This document shows positions 11,851-23,120 of a stretch of 64,000 bases of DNA, one piece after another. The notes below the pieces were generated by a model. The model saw only the letters and a program-made list of their open reading frames with translations. It made no database searches and was not told the DNA's origin. Position numbers and translations under genes: made by a program. Numbering within the stretch: the first letter of the stretch is position 1; each line of letters starts with the position of its first letter. The stretch comes from Marsupella aquatica (lineage: Eukaryota > Plantae > Marchantiophyta): contig OZ316893.1 in assembly GCA_973895155.1 (NCBI GenBank), forward strand, positions 1,364,860-1,428,859, given 5' to 3'.

Positions 11851-14666
11851 ACTCGGTACGGTCTTCAGGCCCTGTGAACGTATCACGTATTTCTTCTACC
11901 TATTGGCACTCCTCCCCACGCCCGCCCCTATGCAGCTTGCCTGCTTGGTGGCTGGTCATTGGGTCACACGGAAGATGAAACGTGTTAACAAATGACGAGC
12001 GTCGTGACAATTATGCAGAACATTCGGCCTAGTAACAGTTCATGATCAGAATCACAATGGATTAATGGAATCGCAAAAGAATCGCCAAGAATACTACCGT
12101 AGGAGAGATCTCATCATACCATCCTGTATCTTTGGGTTTCACGTACCCCTGGGTCAACGTTGGGACCCACCCTGGACCCTTGCTGTGCTTCTTTCTTGCC
12201 ATTCCCAAAGCTGCCCCCTGGCTCTCACGATCCTCCACTTCTCCACTCTCTCTGTCAGCTCACTTCACATCAAATCCCGTCTCCAGAGTCTACTACAATG
12301 ATCGAGGGGAACTGGGGAAGGACAGAGGCAATGTGCTGAACTGCACTACTTTCATACAGTACAGTATGTAGGTTAGTAGTAGATCTAATCATGTACCATC
12401 GTCGTCCTTCGTTCCATCAACTCCCGCCTATACAACCCATGCTGCTACTACTGCGACACCGACCAACGTGCATGCTTGCCTAGAGACTTGCTGCCGCAAA
12501 AAACAGTGGCACGGGTTTTGTGCCATGGGTTACTGGGTAGAGCGAAAACTGCTGCGTGGTGGGCGTAGAGTACTGTCATCGCCGCTGGAGGCACCTGATG
12601 GAGTTGGAATTCGTCGTTATGTGCTGATCTTTGATGTCCGTGAAGGCAGAACTGCGGAAGTCACGTTTCTAATAATAATTAGAGCCCTGCTTGCCTACCT
12701 GCCACTGGATTCTAGCTCCGCTGCTTGGGCAGAACCCAGATCTTCTTCCTGTTTTCGTGGTGTTTGTCAACGAGCTTCATGGGGAAAATGAACTATTTGC
12801 CCTCGACAGGACGATCGTAGAATCTTCCACCCCGCGTCAATTAAGTATGATGGGCCAACAGAGTACAGAATGAAAAGTGTGCAATCGAAAAATAAACTAC
12901 AAATGATTTGCATTCAACTCCGACAAGCCGTTAAGCCGGGTAGAATATTTATTGTGGGGGGGGGGGGGGCAGATCATAAAACTTCAAAGAACAAGCCGAA
13001 TCACGAAAGGGAATTGAAAGACCAACTGAAGTACAATCGTTCTTGATATGCTTGTACAATGGAACGAGTGGCTGAACGGTTTAGATCGGAAGAGAATGAT
13101 CATTAAGGAAAAGGGAAAACACACCAACTGCGTAGAATCTAATGGGACTCGAATTCAAAACCCCCTCTCGGACGGCTGAACCAAGGCACAAGACGAGCAG
13201 TAGTGATATTGTTTGCAACTGTTCTTGGCCCCATGGGCTTTTCTCAACTGAATGCAAATCTGGGCAATCCTTCAGCTCACTTGAAGCAAAATGAGAGGAT
13301 TTGGCCGGTCTTTGGGGTGTGCTACTCCTTCTGTAGTTTTCTAAATTTCTGGTTTGGTTTTTGCCTCCTTTGAGGCTCATCTCCTTCTCTGGTTCCGGTC
13401 TTATCCGGCCACAGCACTCTTGACCTTCTGTCCGTTGTATGCTTGAATGGAATTCATCTGGTTTTCCCGAGACAAAAAAAATATGAGAGGATTTGAATTG
13501 AAATTCCTGAGATCCCTCGTGAGCTGGTGCAGTACTGGTACAGATGAAATGCAACTTGGTTTTCGTCAGTACTACAGTAGCTCGTGTTGAAATCGGGAGA
13601 CATTTCTGAGAAAGCAACACTTTCGAAGAAATGACCGGTTAGCTTCACTCCATTGCATTGCCTGCACTTGGGGATCGGATAAGCGGGGGAGGGGGCCAGC
13701 TTACTATTGAAATAATCCCATTTACTGCATTAACCAGTAGTTTGGCCTCATTCTGGAGCCTCCCGAAAGCCTACAGTAGATCCAATTTGAGTTGAGAATG
13801 CCAGTTTTAGAGAGACAACAATTCTGTTGTCCGAGACCAGCGAAAGGCGGAACTACAGTACAAGTTAGTACTGTGGATGTTTACCGTTACCGAGGAAATC
13901 TTGTCTCTCATGAGGTGAAATCATCATCCAGAGGCCGGCCACGTCGACCGTGGAAAGGGAGGAGAGCGCGAGTGCAGAGGACGAGTTTCCAGCTAGACCG
14001 CGAGCCGAGATTTTTCTCCCCGCAGCCACGAGAGCCGGCAGGCAGCCAGAGCCGGTTAGATTTATTTCACACCGTTACAGCATGTCGAGGGGCGTTTCTT
14101 TGCGAGCGCGGAATCCGGGCGACGCGCTTCGACACGCGGAAAACGGTGGATTGCTGTGATTCGTTGTTGTGTATGTAACCTCCTTGGATTTGCCTTTGCT
14201 CTCTTCTTTCTTCTGAAAGCTGGGAAAAGAGAAAATCAATCATGGCGGGCAAGATTCTGCATCGGTTAACTTCCTTTCTTCTTCGTCTGCCCGTCGTCGG
14301 CACCTCTCCATTTGACCAGGCCGCCCACTTACGCATTCATTCGGGTCCCGTATGACCATATCGCCATATCTGATATCTCTGCTGAGCTCTCAAGATTCGT
14401 CGTTCGTCACACTTTTGCTTCGAGAGTCGTGATGATCTTCTCGGAAGGTGCAGAGCGCATCTCGTCTCGATGGAAGCCTTTTCAGCCTTGTCAGTCGTGT
14501 CTCTCTATAAGTGCACCTTTTAGTCGTCTCCCTCTATAAGTGCACATTCATGAGGCATCCAGTGTAAGTAAACTCTTGTGTATTTCTTTTTTTTAATTTC
14601 TATAACGATGGAAACAAAAGCCCGGATCATGGACCGAGACATTGTCCCCGCCATCCCCATGGACTG

Positions 14667-14804
14667 CATAAACGAATAGTTGTTTTTACACCAATAAGAT
14701 AAAAGAATCACTTGAGGATTGCAGTTGATGACTTTCATAAACGAATAGTTGTTTTTACACCAATAAGATAAAAGAATCACTTGAGGATTGCAGTTGATGA
14801 CTTT
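14667..14804. repeat. Perfect 69-bp tandem duplication
   Basis: CATAAACGAATAGTTG...GCAGTTGATGACTTT at 14667-14735 and 14736-14804. Confidence 0.9.
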
Positions 14805-15075
14805 GACTACCTTGGGGAGAAAATAGTCAAGATGTCATGGTGATCCTGAGTAATGGCAGGATGTCTTGACTTATTTCAGGTTCAAGGTTGTCAAGCTGTC
14901 AAGTTATTGAGGAAACTTATTTGATAATGTAAGTAAAACCGGCTGCAAATGGTAAGGAGACCGTTTCTAGGTCATATTTTCAGTCAAAAGTGTAAACAAT
15001 GTTATCTAAGTCATTTAAATGTTCTGATCAAGCTTTGCCAGTCCATTTGGGCTTCATAGGCAAAGTGGAGGTCAA
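14803..15075. promoter_or_regulatory. Cluster of five W-boxes next to the first transposon insertion
   Basis: TTGACT at 14803 and 14866, AGTCAA at 14825 and 14982, GGTCAA at 15070. Confidence 0.35.
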
Positions 15076-15548
15076 TCCGAGCTTTAGCTTCACTCTAGAT
15101 ACTTAGAGCATCTCCAACGGTTTGGAGATTTGTGGCCCCTATCCCCATCATATGGCAGGTGAAATGGTGCCTGCCAAAATGGAGAGTCACCCTACTTTAA
15201 CGCAATCCCCAACGGCAACACCCCATTCTGACCTCCATCCCATATGCGCGCGTACGAACTGGGCCCACAGCTGTGGGGAGGATTCTCACACATGTTGGAT
15301 TCACTTTGGTGTGAAGTGAACCCTCTGTTTCTTGCAGACCTCGACTCACGTTTCGACGCAACAGAGGTTCCGTCGTAGAATGCATGTCGATCGTGCAACT
15401 TCATTTATTTTTTTCAAGTGATTTGTGTTGTGTGCTCGCCCTTGCTGCCGCCTTCGCTTTCATGCGACCATGACCTTCATCCATTTTGATCGGGATAAAT
15501 TGAAGCAGTGCTGACAAGCCTGGACTGCACATTGATCATCTGTTCAGA

Positions 15549-16859
15549 ATGGACCTCGAAAGATGGCTGGCGGATCTCAACGAAGAATTGGAGGAGGAGG
15601 CGGCGGATTGTGATGAGGAACAAAGATTCTGGGAGTTGATAATGTTCAGTGGAACCCTTTCCATTCCAAATATTGGCCAGCACTCTAGGAAAAGAAAGCA
15701 CGGAGGGTCTAGGCCAGGCAGAAGTGAGAATGTTGAGAGGCGCAGAGAAAAAGGGGCAGACGACCTATGGAATGACTACTTTTCTGATGCACCAACCTAT
15801 GATGAATTAAAATTCAGAAGGAGATTCAGAATGAGCAGTAGTTTGTTTAACAAGATTCTTGTTGATGTCTGTGCACACGACACTTATTTTTGTCGCAAGG
15901 TTGATGCTGCAGGGAAAGTAGGATTGTCTCCACATCAAAAGTTGACAGCAGCATTGAGGCAATTAGCTTATGGACTTGGAGCAGATGCTTTGGATGAGTA
16001 TTGTAGAATTGCTGAAAGCACAGCACTAGAGTCTTTGTATCGCTTTGTGAAAGCCATCAGAGAGTTGTATGAGGGTCACTATTTGAGGAAGCCAACAGCT
16101 GAAGATTTTGAAAGACACCTTCAAATTAATGCAGAGCAAGGTTTTCCAGGTATGTTTGGTTCATTGGATTGCATGCATTGGGCATGGAAGAATTGTCCTG
16201 TTGCTTGGCAAGGCCAATACAGTGACAAGGACAGAAACAAATCCATCATATTGGAAGCAATTGCTGATCAAGAATTGTGGATTTGGCATGCCTTTTTTGG
16301 GCTGGCTGGGGGAAATAATGACCTGAATGTGCTTGACCGATCACCACTTCTAAATGAATGGTTGCATAATGATTCGGCCAATGTCAGTTTCCATGTCAAT
16401 GGTACAGAGTACAAACGAGCTTATCTGCTGGTGGATGGAATTTATCCAGAGTGGTCCATGTTCATATCCACTGTGCACATGCCACAGTCTGATAAGTTGA
16501 AGCATTTTGCAAGATGTCAGGATGCAGCAAGAAAAGATGTGGAGAGGGCATTTGGGGTCCTCCAAGCTAGATTTGAGATAGTGAGGAGGCCTGCCAGGTC
16601 TTGGTACGAAAAGAACATTGTAAATATTTTGCTTGCTTGTGTCATCCTCCACAATATGATTGTTGAGGATGAGAGAGATGAGAATTTTCCTCCATATTTA
16701 AGGGTTCCTGCAACAAGAGTGAATAGGGGAAATCTGCCATGGCTGGAGTTCCTTGCTGCAACAGCTGAAATTAACAACAAGGCTAACCATTTTTGGCTGA
16801 GAAATGACATTGTTGATCACCTTTGGAATAGAAAGGGGTCTGGTCTGTCTGATCACTGA
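15549..16859 (+). CDS. Pong-like Harbinger DDE transposase, 436 aa, intronless
   Basis: FRRRFRMS motif, HTH region (QKLTAALRQLAYG...DEYCRIAESTA), and catalytic motifs GFPGMFGSLDCMHW, LVDGIYP and RKDVERAFGVLQARF, plus ACVILHNMIVEDE. Confidence 0.95.
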   Translation: MDLERWLADLNEELEEEAADCDEEQRFWELIMFSGTLSIPNIGQHSRKRKHGGSRPGRSENVERRREKGADDLWNDYFSDAPTYDELKFRRRFRMSSSLFNKILVDVCAHDTYFCRKVDAAGKVGLSPHQKLTAALRQLAYGLGADALDEYCRIAESTALESLYRFVKAIRELYEGHYLRKPTAEDFERHLQINAEQGFPGMFGSLDCMHWAWKNCPVAWQGQYSDKDRNKSIILEAIADQELWIWHAFFGLAGGNNDLNVLDRSPLLNEWLHNDSANVSFHVNGTEYKRAYLLVDGIYPEWSMFISTVHMPQSDKLKHFARCQDAARKDVERAFGVLQARFEIVRRPARSWYEKNIVNILLACVILHNMIVEDERDENFPPYLRVPATRVNRGNLPWLEFLAATAEINNKANHFWLRNDIVDHLWNRKGSGLSDH

Positions 16860-17224
16860 AATTCAGGTGAGTCTTTGGAGTTTTTCTTGCACAACCCTGC
16901 ATTTATTTTCTTAAATGAAACACACGAGTACTACCTTGGGACTTGAGGGTACCAAGTCACAGGTCTGAATTGAGTGATGATGTCATGGTAGACAGAGTAC
17001 ATTTGACTTGCTTCCACCTTGACTGAACTTCAATCCATGTATTTGGAAGTACAGGAAACTTGGGAGATACTGTCGAGGCAGGTACATGAAACTCGGGAGA
17101 AACTCGGGAATTGAACCTGTAGGCCCAATTCGAAGCTCTCAAATTGTTTTGGTGCTTGACTTGGTGGTCCAGAGGACGTACCCACAATTTTTTTATTATT
17201 AGCATTGCAAGGAGGCAATCAAAC

Positions 17225-17518
17225 ATGGAAGAGTAGAAGAAGAATGGCAAACCATGGGCACCTCCAGCACAGGTGACAGGAAAGGAGGCAAGCAACAAAA
17301 CACCATTGGAGATGAAGCTCATGGAGTTTGAGCCCGAAAATTCTCTGGAGGCTCAAGTTATGGCAGAGATGGAGGATACTGATGACGATGATGCACTTTC
17401 GGACCGTCTCAGCACCAACCAATCTACCTCGAGTGATGATTGCTATGTGGTTTTCACAAAGCCACCCCCTAGCCCAAAGCGCAAACCACCGAAGCGTAAA
17501 TCTAGGGTTTTAGAATGA
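17225..17518 (+). pseudogene. Candidate third ORF of element 1 (97 codons, TAG at codon 4): small acidic protein with a C-terminal NLS
   Basis: AAACATGG start context at 17225. It reads M-E-E-stop-KKNGKPWAPPAQVTGKEASNKTPLEMKLMEFEPENSLEAQVMAEMEDTDDDDALSDRLSTNQSTSSDDCYVVFTKPPPSPKRKPPKRKSRVLE. No family recognised. Confidence 0.4.
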
Positions 17519-18179
17519 TTTTTGGAAAGCTTCAGTGACCAATTTGGCAATTAGCAGCTTTAGCAATTAGCAAGCTTCAATGACCAATTTTAGGGTCCAG
17601 GCTGGCTGTTTTGTCCAAGACTTTGTCCAGGCAGGTTGTAGGGGAAGACTCGGAATGGCTCATAGCTTGGCCGTATGGAACAGGAAGCCGTGGCCTCCAA
17701 TTTTGTAAACATTATTATATTTATTGAAACTTTTTTGATTCGAATTGCCGTAGAGAACATTTCTTAGCTTCTGGAAATCTGTTTTCTCGTCTCTGCTCTC
17801 GGGCTTTTTGTAACTTTCACTCAGATTTTACGTAATGTTTTGTGATACCTGAGTTTCCGACCTTGCATATACAGGTTCAAAAGCTCAAGCTTGACACTGA
17901 AAGGTGGCTATTTCATCTGTTTTCATGTCAATGTACTTCTATCCAAGCCAATCGAAAATGTCCAGACTACAACTATTTACGAACTGCTTAGTTAGCATCT
18001 CTAGGCCTTGAGAACGCAGTTTTCTTTCTTGTAGGGCAATGGTCGAATTATATGTGAATCCTCACTTTGTGGATTTGCAATCTGGAATGTTTCATGCAAC
18101 ACTTGAATCACTTTTATTAATCAATGTGCAAACATAGATCTCAGCATTCATCGAGATTGATCGAGTGATGCCCACGGCA

Positions 18180-19190
18180 CTACAACTGGCTAGCTAACAA
18201 TCCCTGGAAAGAAAATCCAGGTGCACATGGCTGCAATTCTGCTTCAAAATCTACATGGTCTGCTGCTACGCCTATGTTTTCATTCTGGTCAGTTGTGCAA
18301 TCATCAAAAACAGGATCGTCAACCCTGGTCTCTAGAAAATTAGGAAGTGGATTCTGTGCAGGTTCCGTAGTTTGCATCCGAGCTTTGAGTTTTCTGGCCT
18401 CTTCTAACTTCCATTGTCTTACGTAATCACGGAGCTCTGGTTCCATGTTGTCTGTAGGCAATGTAAGCAGCTTCATCAGTGAATTGTTTTGCAATGTCTT
18501 GACCCGATCACGATTCGCAGCTGCCATCTCCCTTTGGGCATTCGCAGCCATCTTCATTGCTTCTTGTTCAAGCTTCGCTCGCTTGTGATCTTCCTTGGCT
18601 CTCTTGTTTCCCACCGGCCTCTTCCTCATGTCACATTGCCGATCTTCAGCAGGTTCTTCATGCTGTCTGTCAACACTTTCATTGTCACCATTCTCAATGA
18701 CAATGGGACTCTGGCTAGAGTTCTCATTTTCTATTGTGTCGCCCTTGGATGCAGCTGATTTCCTCCCCTTTCCTTTCGCCATGTCGTCTGCTGGATTCCC
18801 CCACCGTGGACAATCTTTCAAAATCCAGAAGCAAGATTCAAAAGAGAAAGATTTCCCTTTGGGATGGTTCTGCTTGAACAATTCCTTTGCTTTCACCACA
18901 GTGTCATCAACGTTGGTCCCTGAAATTTGGAGGTCATCTACTTGTTGAAAACATCCAATGAACTTTGATACATCGTGTTTCACATCAGACCACTTCCCTT
19001 CCAGTGATTTTTGACCCCTCGATTCAGTTCCCTTTGGTTTGTGCTTCTTGTAATGCTCAGTCACCCGGTCCCAAAATCTCTCTGCTCTTTGTCCTACACC
19101 AATGCAAGGATCTTGGGACACATGGAGTACACTGTAGCATAATTGTTTGAGCTCCTCTGGACCGTAATTTTTCCCACGACTTGCTGCCAT
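18180..19190 (-). CDS. Harbinger/Pong ORF1: Myb/SANT-like DNA-binding protein with NAM-associated-type C-terminus, 336 aa
   Basis: MAASRGKNYGPEELKQLCYSVLHVSQDPCIGVGQRAERFWDRV...KSLEGKWSDVKHDVSKFIGC...SFSFESCFWILKDCPRW...KRPVGNKRAK. The start at 19190 is chosen by homology to element 2 ORF1. Confidence 0.9.
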   Translation of the reverse strand: MAASRGKNYGPEELKQLCYSVLHVSQDPCIGVGQRAERFWDRVTEHYKKHKPKGTESRGQKSLEGKWSDVKHDVSKFIGCFQQVDDLQISGTNVDDTVVKAKELFKQNHPKGKSFSFESCFWILKDCPRWGNPADDMAKGKGRKSAASKGDTIENENSSQSPIVIENGDNESVDRQHEEPAEDRQCDMRKRPVGNKRAKEDHKRAKLEQEAMKMAANAQREMAAANRDRVKTLQNNSLMKLLTLPTDNMEPELRDYVRQWKLEEARKLKARMQTTEPAQNPLPNFLETRVDDPVFDDCTTDQNENIGVAADHVDFEAELQPCAPGFSFQGLLASQL

Positions 19191-20069
19191 GTTTGCACAC
19201 CTTCGTACGCGGAATTTCACTGCAATTCTCGTGAGTCTCAAAATGTCAGCTTTGCACGACAACACCGTGTGGCCACGAGAAGCACTGTTCATGGCAGTCC
19301 AAGCGGGAAATTTAGAGAATTCTGGCGCGAGCACTGCTTCACATCGCGAGTGCCGCGTGGACGTTTTCTTGCCGTCGATCGATTTGCAGGCAAGCAGCCA
19401 GGTTTCAAATGGCGACCGCCTTCCTGCCAGGAAGTAGCGGCATGGAGGGAGGAAAAGTAGCGGCTTCCTCCATAAATTTACGGAAGCCGACACTGTTGGA
19501 GATTAAAAACTCCAAATACTGGCCGCTAGTAGGTGGTTTGCTGTTTACGGTGCTACTTGGAGGCACCGTTGGAGATGCTCTTAGATCCCAACTCTAGCTT
19601 CTCATCACAACTTATTAGTAAGACTATGATGAGGCATTAGAGCATCCGCACCCGTGCCCTGGGTCCGGACCGGTGCCTGCAAAACGTCAGAATTGGGGAG
19701 TGAAGGGGAATATTGGGCTTGCACCCATGCCCGGGATCCCCAAATGCTTTCCCGGCTCCAGGCTCATTCGAAATCCAGACCTGCAATTCAGCCAGATATT
19801 CCGAGCGGCAAAATGTTTCTCCCTGGCCAGAGAAATCCAATCTACGCTCCACAAAGTACCACATGTCCTCATCTGGGCAAGTTCAAACACATTCTCTTTG
19901 TGGTCCCGCCCTGCAGTGTTTGCATCGACATGCATCGAGGAATGCAGATTTCTCACTGTACAGTGCTCTCACGTTCTGCTCGTGGTCCCCTCTGGTCCTC
20001 GCATGCAATCTCTATACGCGCGAAGTCTGCAAAAGTTGACAGTGTGTGCAATCTCCATTCATTTCAAGC

Positions 20070-21035
20070 ATGGCAGCGCAGCGAGGGAAGAATTTTAGTG
20101 CCCCAGAGTTGAAACAATTGTGCTATAGTTTTTTGGACATTTCACAAGACCCATGTGTTGGGTCGGGGCAAAAGAAGGATAGCTTTTGGGAGCGCATTGC
20201 AGAGCACTACGAGAGAAGCAAGCCGGGAGGAACCGAGCTGAGGACAGCCAAGTCTCTTGAAAGTAAGTGGGGTGAGATTCGAAAGGACGTGTTTAGATTT
20301 ATTGGCTGCCACAATACGGTAGACACCCTTGACATTTCTGGCACCAATGTTGATGACACAATAGAGAAGGCTAGAGAGCTCTACAAACAGCGCCATCCCA
20401 AGGGCAAAGAGTTCTCATTCTCAGTTTGTTGGCACATCTTGAAAGATTGTCCAAGGTGGGCAATGCCTCAAGATCCGATGGCCAAGGGGAAGTCGAATCC
20501 CAAACAGCCAATTGCCCGGAAGCAAAAGCAATTTCACGATGAGCAAGTAGACAAGGAGAATTCCCCTCAGTTCTCTGATGGCAGCATTGATTCTGACATC
20601 GACAAGGAGCCGAATGACAATGGCAGTGCAGTGGGAACATCGATGAAGAGACCCCCTGGAAGCAAGATGGCGAAAGACAATGCCAAGAGATTGAAGGCCC
20701 AAGAAGATGCATTTAGAGTCTCTGCCCAAGCTCAAAAAATCATTGCAGAAACTGGTCGTCAGCGTTTGAGAGTCCTTGAGACATCCACATTCATGAATAT
20801 GCTTAGCATGCCCACAGATCATCTTGACTGTGCCACCCAAGATTTTTTGCGAGTCTTTAGGGAGCACGAGATGGCTAAATTGAAAGAGAGGATGACGAGA
20901 GAGAGCAACCCACTGCCCCCCACAGCAGCAAGGACCTCCCTCCCAGTTCCCGTGGCACCTTGTGATGATAGGGACGATGAGCAGGCAGAGCTGCCCACTT
21001 TTGCAAGAGGTCATGAATTTGACATAGAAGAATAG
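20070..21035 (+). CDS. Harbinger/Pong ORF1 Myb/SANT-like DNA-binding protein, 321 aa
   Basis: MAAQRGKNFSAPELKQLCYSFLDISQDPCVGSGQKKDSFWERI...KSLESKWGEIRKDVFRFIGC...FSFSVCWHILKDCPRW...KRPPGSKMAK. Clearly homologous to the ORF at 18180-19190. Confidence 0.9.
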   Translation: MAAQRGKNFSAPELKQLCYSFLDISQDPCVGSGQKKDSFWERIAEHYERSKPGGTELRTAKSLESKWGEIRKDVFRFIGCHNTVDTLDISGTNVDDTIEKARELYKQRHPKGKEFSFSVCWHILKDCPRWAMPQDPMAKGKSNPKQPIARKQKQFHDEQVDKENSPQFSDGSIDSDIDKEPNDNGSAVGTSMKRPPGSKMAKDNAKRLKAQEDAFRVSAQAQKIIAETGRQRLRVLETSTFMNMLSMPTDHLDCATQDFLRVFREHEMAKLKERMTRESNPLPPTAARTSLPVPVAPCDDRDDEQAELPTFARGHEFDIEE

Positions 21036-21519
21036 TTTTAAGATTTTTGCAAATGCCTTTTGAGAGTCAAAGGCCCGATGATGTAATTTTGTGAATTCTA
21101 TAAATGAAAACGTTGGAAAGAATTCCAGTTTTTATTACAAGTTTAGCAATTGATGTCTGATGTGTTTCTTTTTTCAATCCTCTGCCACGACACTACACAC
21201 CAGGGCACAAAAAGTCAAAAAAATTGCTCATTATGTCTCAATCTTCTCGTCATTTCAGCAGCCCTCTACAGCAGTCAGGTCACCATTCAGAATAATTGAT
21301 TGCAAGGGGATGGGATGACAATTGCAGAGCACGCGGAGCTGTCATTTGTCTCAATGTTGTCTCAATTTATCAATGTCTATTGGCAGCACAATAGTGTCTG
21401 CATTTCAGAGCACCATTTTGGATTCAGAATCTAGGAAAGTTGACAACTACATTTCTATCTGTAGCTCTATATATGTAGCTCTACCCGTTTCCACATTCAA
21501 ACTGTTTGTCACTACAATG

Positions 21520-22897
21520 TCAAATCTGCATTTGTTTCATCCAATCTGCCATTTTCACCTCACCCTTCCGCTTCCACAAATGCTCAATAAGATCATTTCG
21601 CAAATTGAAGTGTCCAGAGTGACTTTCGAGTTGGGCAGTGGCAGCCAAGTAGTCCTTCCATGGCATGGTTCCTCTCTGCACGGGCAATAATTGACCTCCC
21701 TCCATCCGGAAATCCTCATGCACCTCTCCTCTCTCATCCTCAATAATCATGTTATGAAGCACAATACATGCCATTAAAATCATTGTCACTCTTCCGAGGT
21801 GCCAAGATCTGGCAGGCTGCTTGACAATGCCCCATCGTGCCTGGAAAACTCCAAAGGCTCGTTCGACATCTTTTCTGACACCTTCTTGGCATTTTGCAAA
21901 AAAACATTTCTTCTCAGACTGGGGCTGGTGAATCGTTGTCACAAAACAACTCCACTTCGGATAAATGCCATCAACAAGAAGATAAGCTCTGTTGTACTCT
22001 GTGCTGTTAATTGTATACTTGACCTGATCGTAGTTGTCATGTAACATGTCATTCACCAGTGGAGATCGATCTAGAACATTTAAGTCGTTGTTCCCACCAG
22101 GCAACCCAAAAAATGCATGCCAAATCCACAACTCTTGGTCTGCAATTGCCTCAAGCACTACTGACTTCAAGCCGTCTTTGTCGGTGAATTGTCCCTGCCA
22201 AGCCACAGGACAATTTTTCCACTCATAGTGCATGCAATCAAGTGAAGCAAACATCCCTGGGAATCCTCTCTTCTCATTCACAGCAAGGAGTCTCTCAAAG
22301 TCATTCTTATCTGGCTTCCTCACGTACTTTTCTTCATACAATTCTCGAATTGCTTTGCAGAACCTGTATAGGGACTTTCGAGCAATAGACTCTCCCAGTC
22401 GACAATACTCATCAGTAGCATCCGCCCCAACTCCTTGTGCAAAGCTGCCGAAGTGCAGCAGTAATTTTTTGGAGACCAGACAAACCCAATTTCTTCGTAG
22501 CATCTCGTTTTTGCTGGAAGAAACTATCATGTGCACACACGGCAATGCAGATTTTTTTGAAGAGTCTCTTCGTCATTTTAAACCTTCGTCTAAAATCTAC
22601 TCCATCGTATGTACAGTTTTCAGCAAAATAATTGTTCCATATCATCTGGTGCCCACGTTCTCTCCTTCTCTCTTTATTGGCCCTCTTGCCAAGTACTGAT
22701 CCCCCTCCTCGCTTGCGTTTTTGAGTAATCGAGTCCACACCTTGCATGGACAATGGCCCAGTGAACAGCAATTCGTTCAGAAAAGCTTGCTCTTCCTCCA
22801 TTTCAGCCAACTCCGATTCGATCTCTTTCTTCAATTTCTCTCGCCAAGCCTCAAGTCGCGCAATGTATGCATAGGATTGAGGTTCTGGAATCACCAT
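21520..22897 (-). pseudogene. Pong-like DDE transposase split by one +1 frameshift at about 22441-22443 (458 aa if corrected)
   Basis: The N-terminal half (22897 down to ...KITAALRQL) and the C-terminal half (AQGVGADATDEY...ASLDCMHY...LVDGIYP...KDVERAFG) lie in different frames. The minus strand reads CAG CTT T GCA CAA. The span is 1378 nt = 3x459+1. Confidence 0.9.
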
Positions 22898-23120
22898 CGC
22901 TAATTTCTACGGCAACCTAGGTTGAGCTTGCTAGTGAAACTCGTTTTCAATTTCTCAAGAGTGCAGGCAACATCGCAGCCAGAATTCCACGGCAATTCTT
23001 CAGGTCAAATGAAGGTTCGAACCAGGCCGCTTAGGTTCAAACCGTAGGTTACGAACATTTGGAAGCCCAAAAGGAGGGCACGGGTGCAAACTGTGCAAAG
23101 CAGATTCTTGGAAAAGAGTA

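Larger units (their letters stand above)
15106..19580. mobile_element. Full-length, apparently intact Pong-like PIF/Harbinger DNA transposon (element 1, 4475 bp)
   Basis: Perfect 16-bp TIR GAGCATCTCCAACGGT (15106-15121 and 19565-19580). TTA TSD at 15103-15105 and 19581-19583. Contains an uninterrupted DDE transposase (+) and a Myb/SANT-like ORF1 (-). Confidence 0.95.

Noticed and set aside
12956-12969. G14 homopolymer
   Set aside because: A simple mononucleotide run with no further evidence of function.
13081-13620. 179-aa minus-strand ORF
   Set aside because: Non-ATG start, no motifs and no supporting splice structure.
19191-19493. 101-aa N-terminal extension of element 1 ORF1 in the ORF track
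   Set aside because: It starts at a non-ATG codon, and homology with element 2 ORF1 begins at MAASRGKN (19190).
20371-22699. Long antisense ORFs over the element 2 genes
   Set aside because: Shadow frames of real coding sequence with no independent features.
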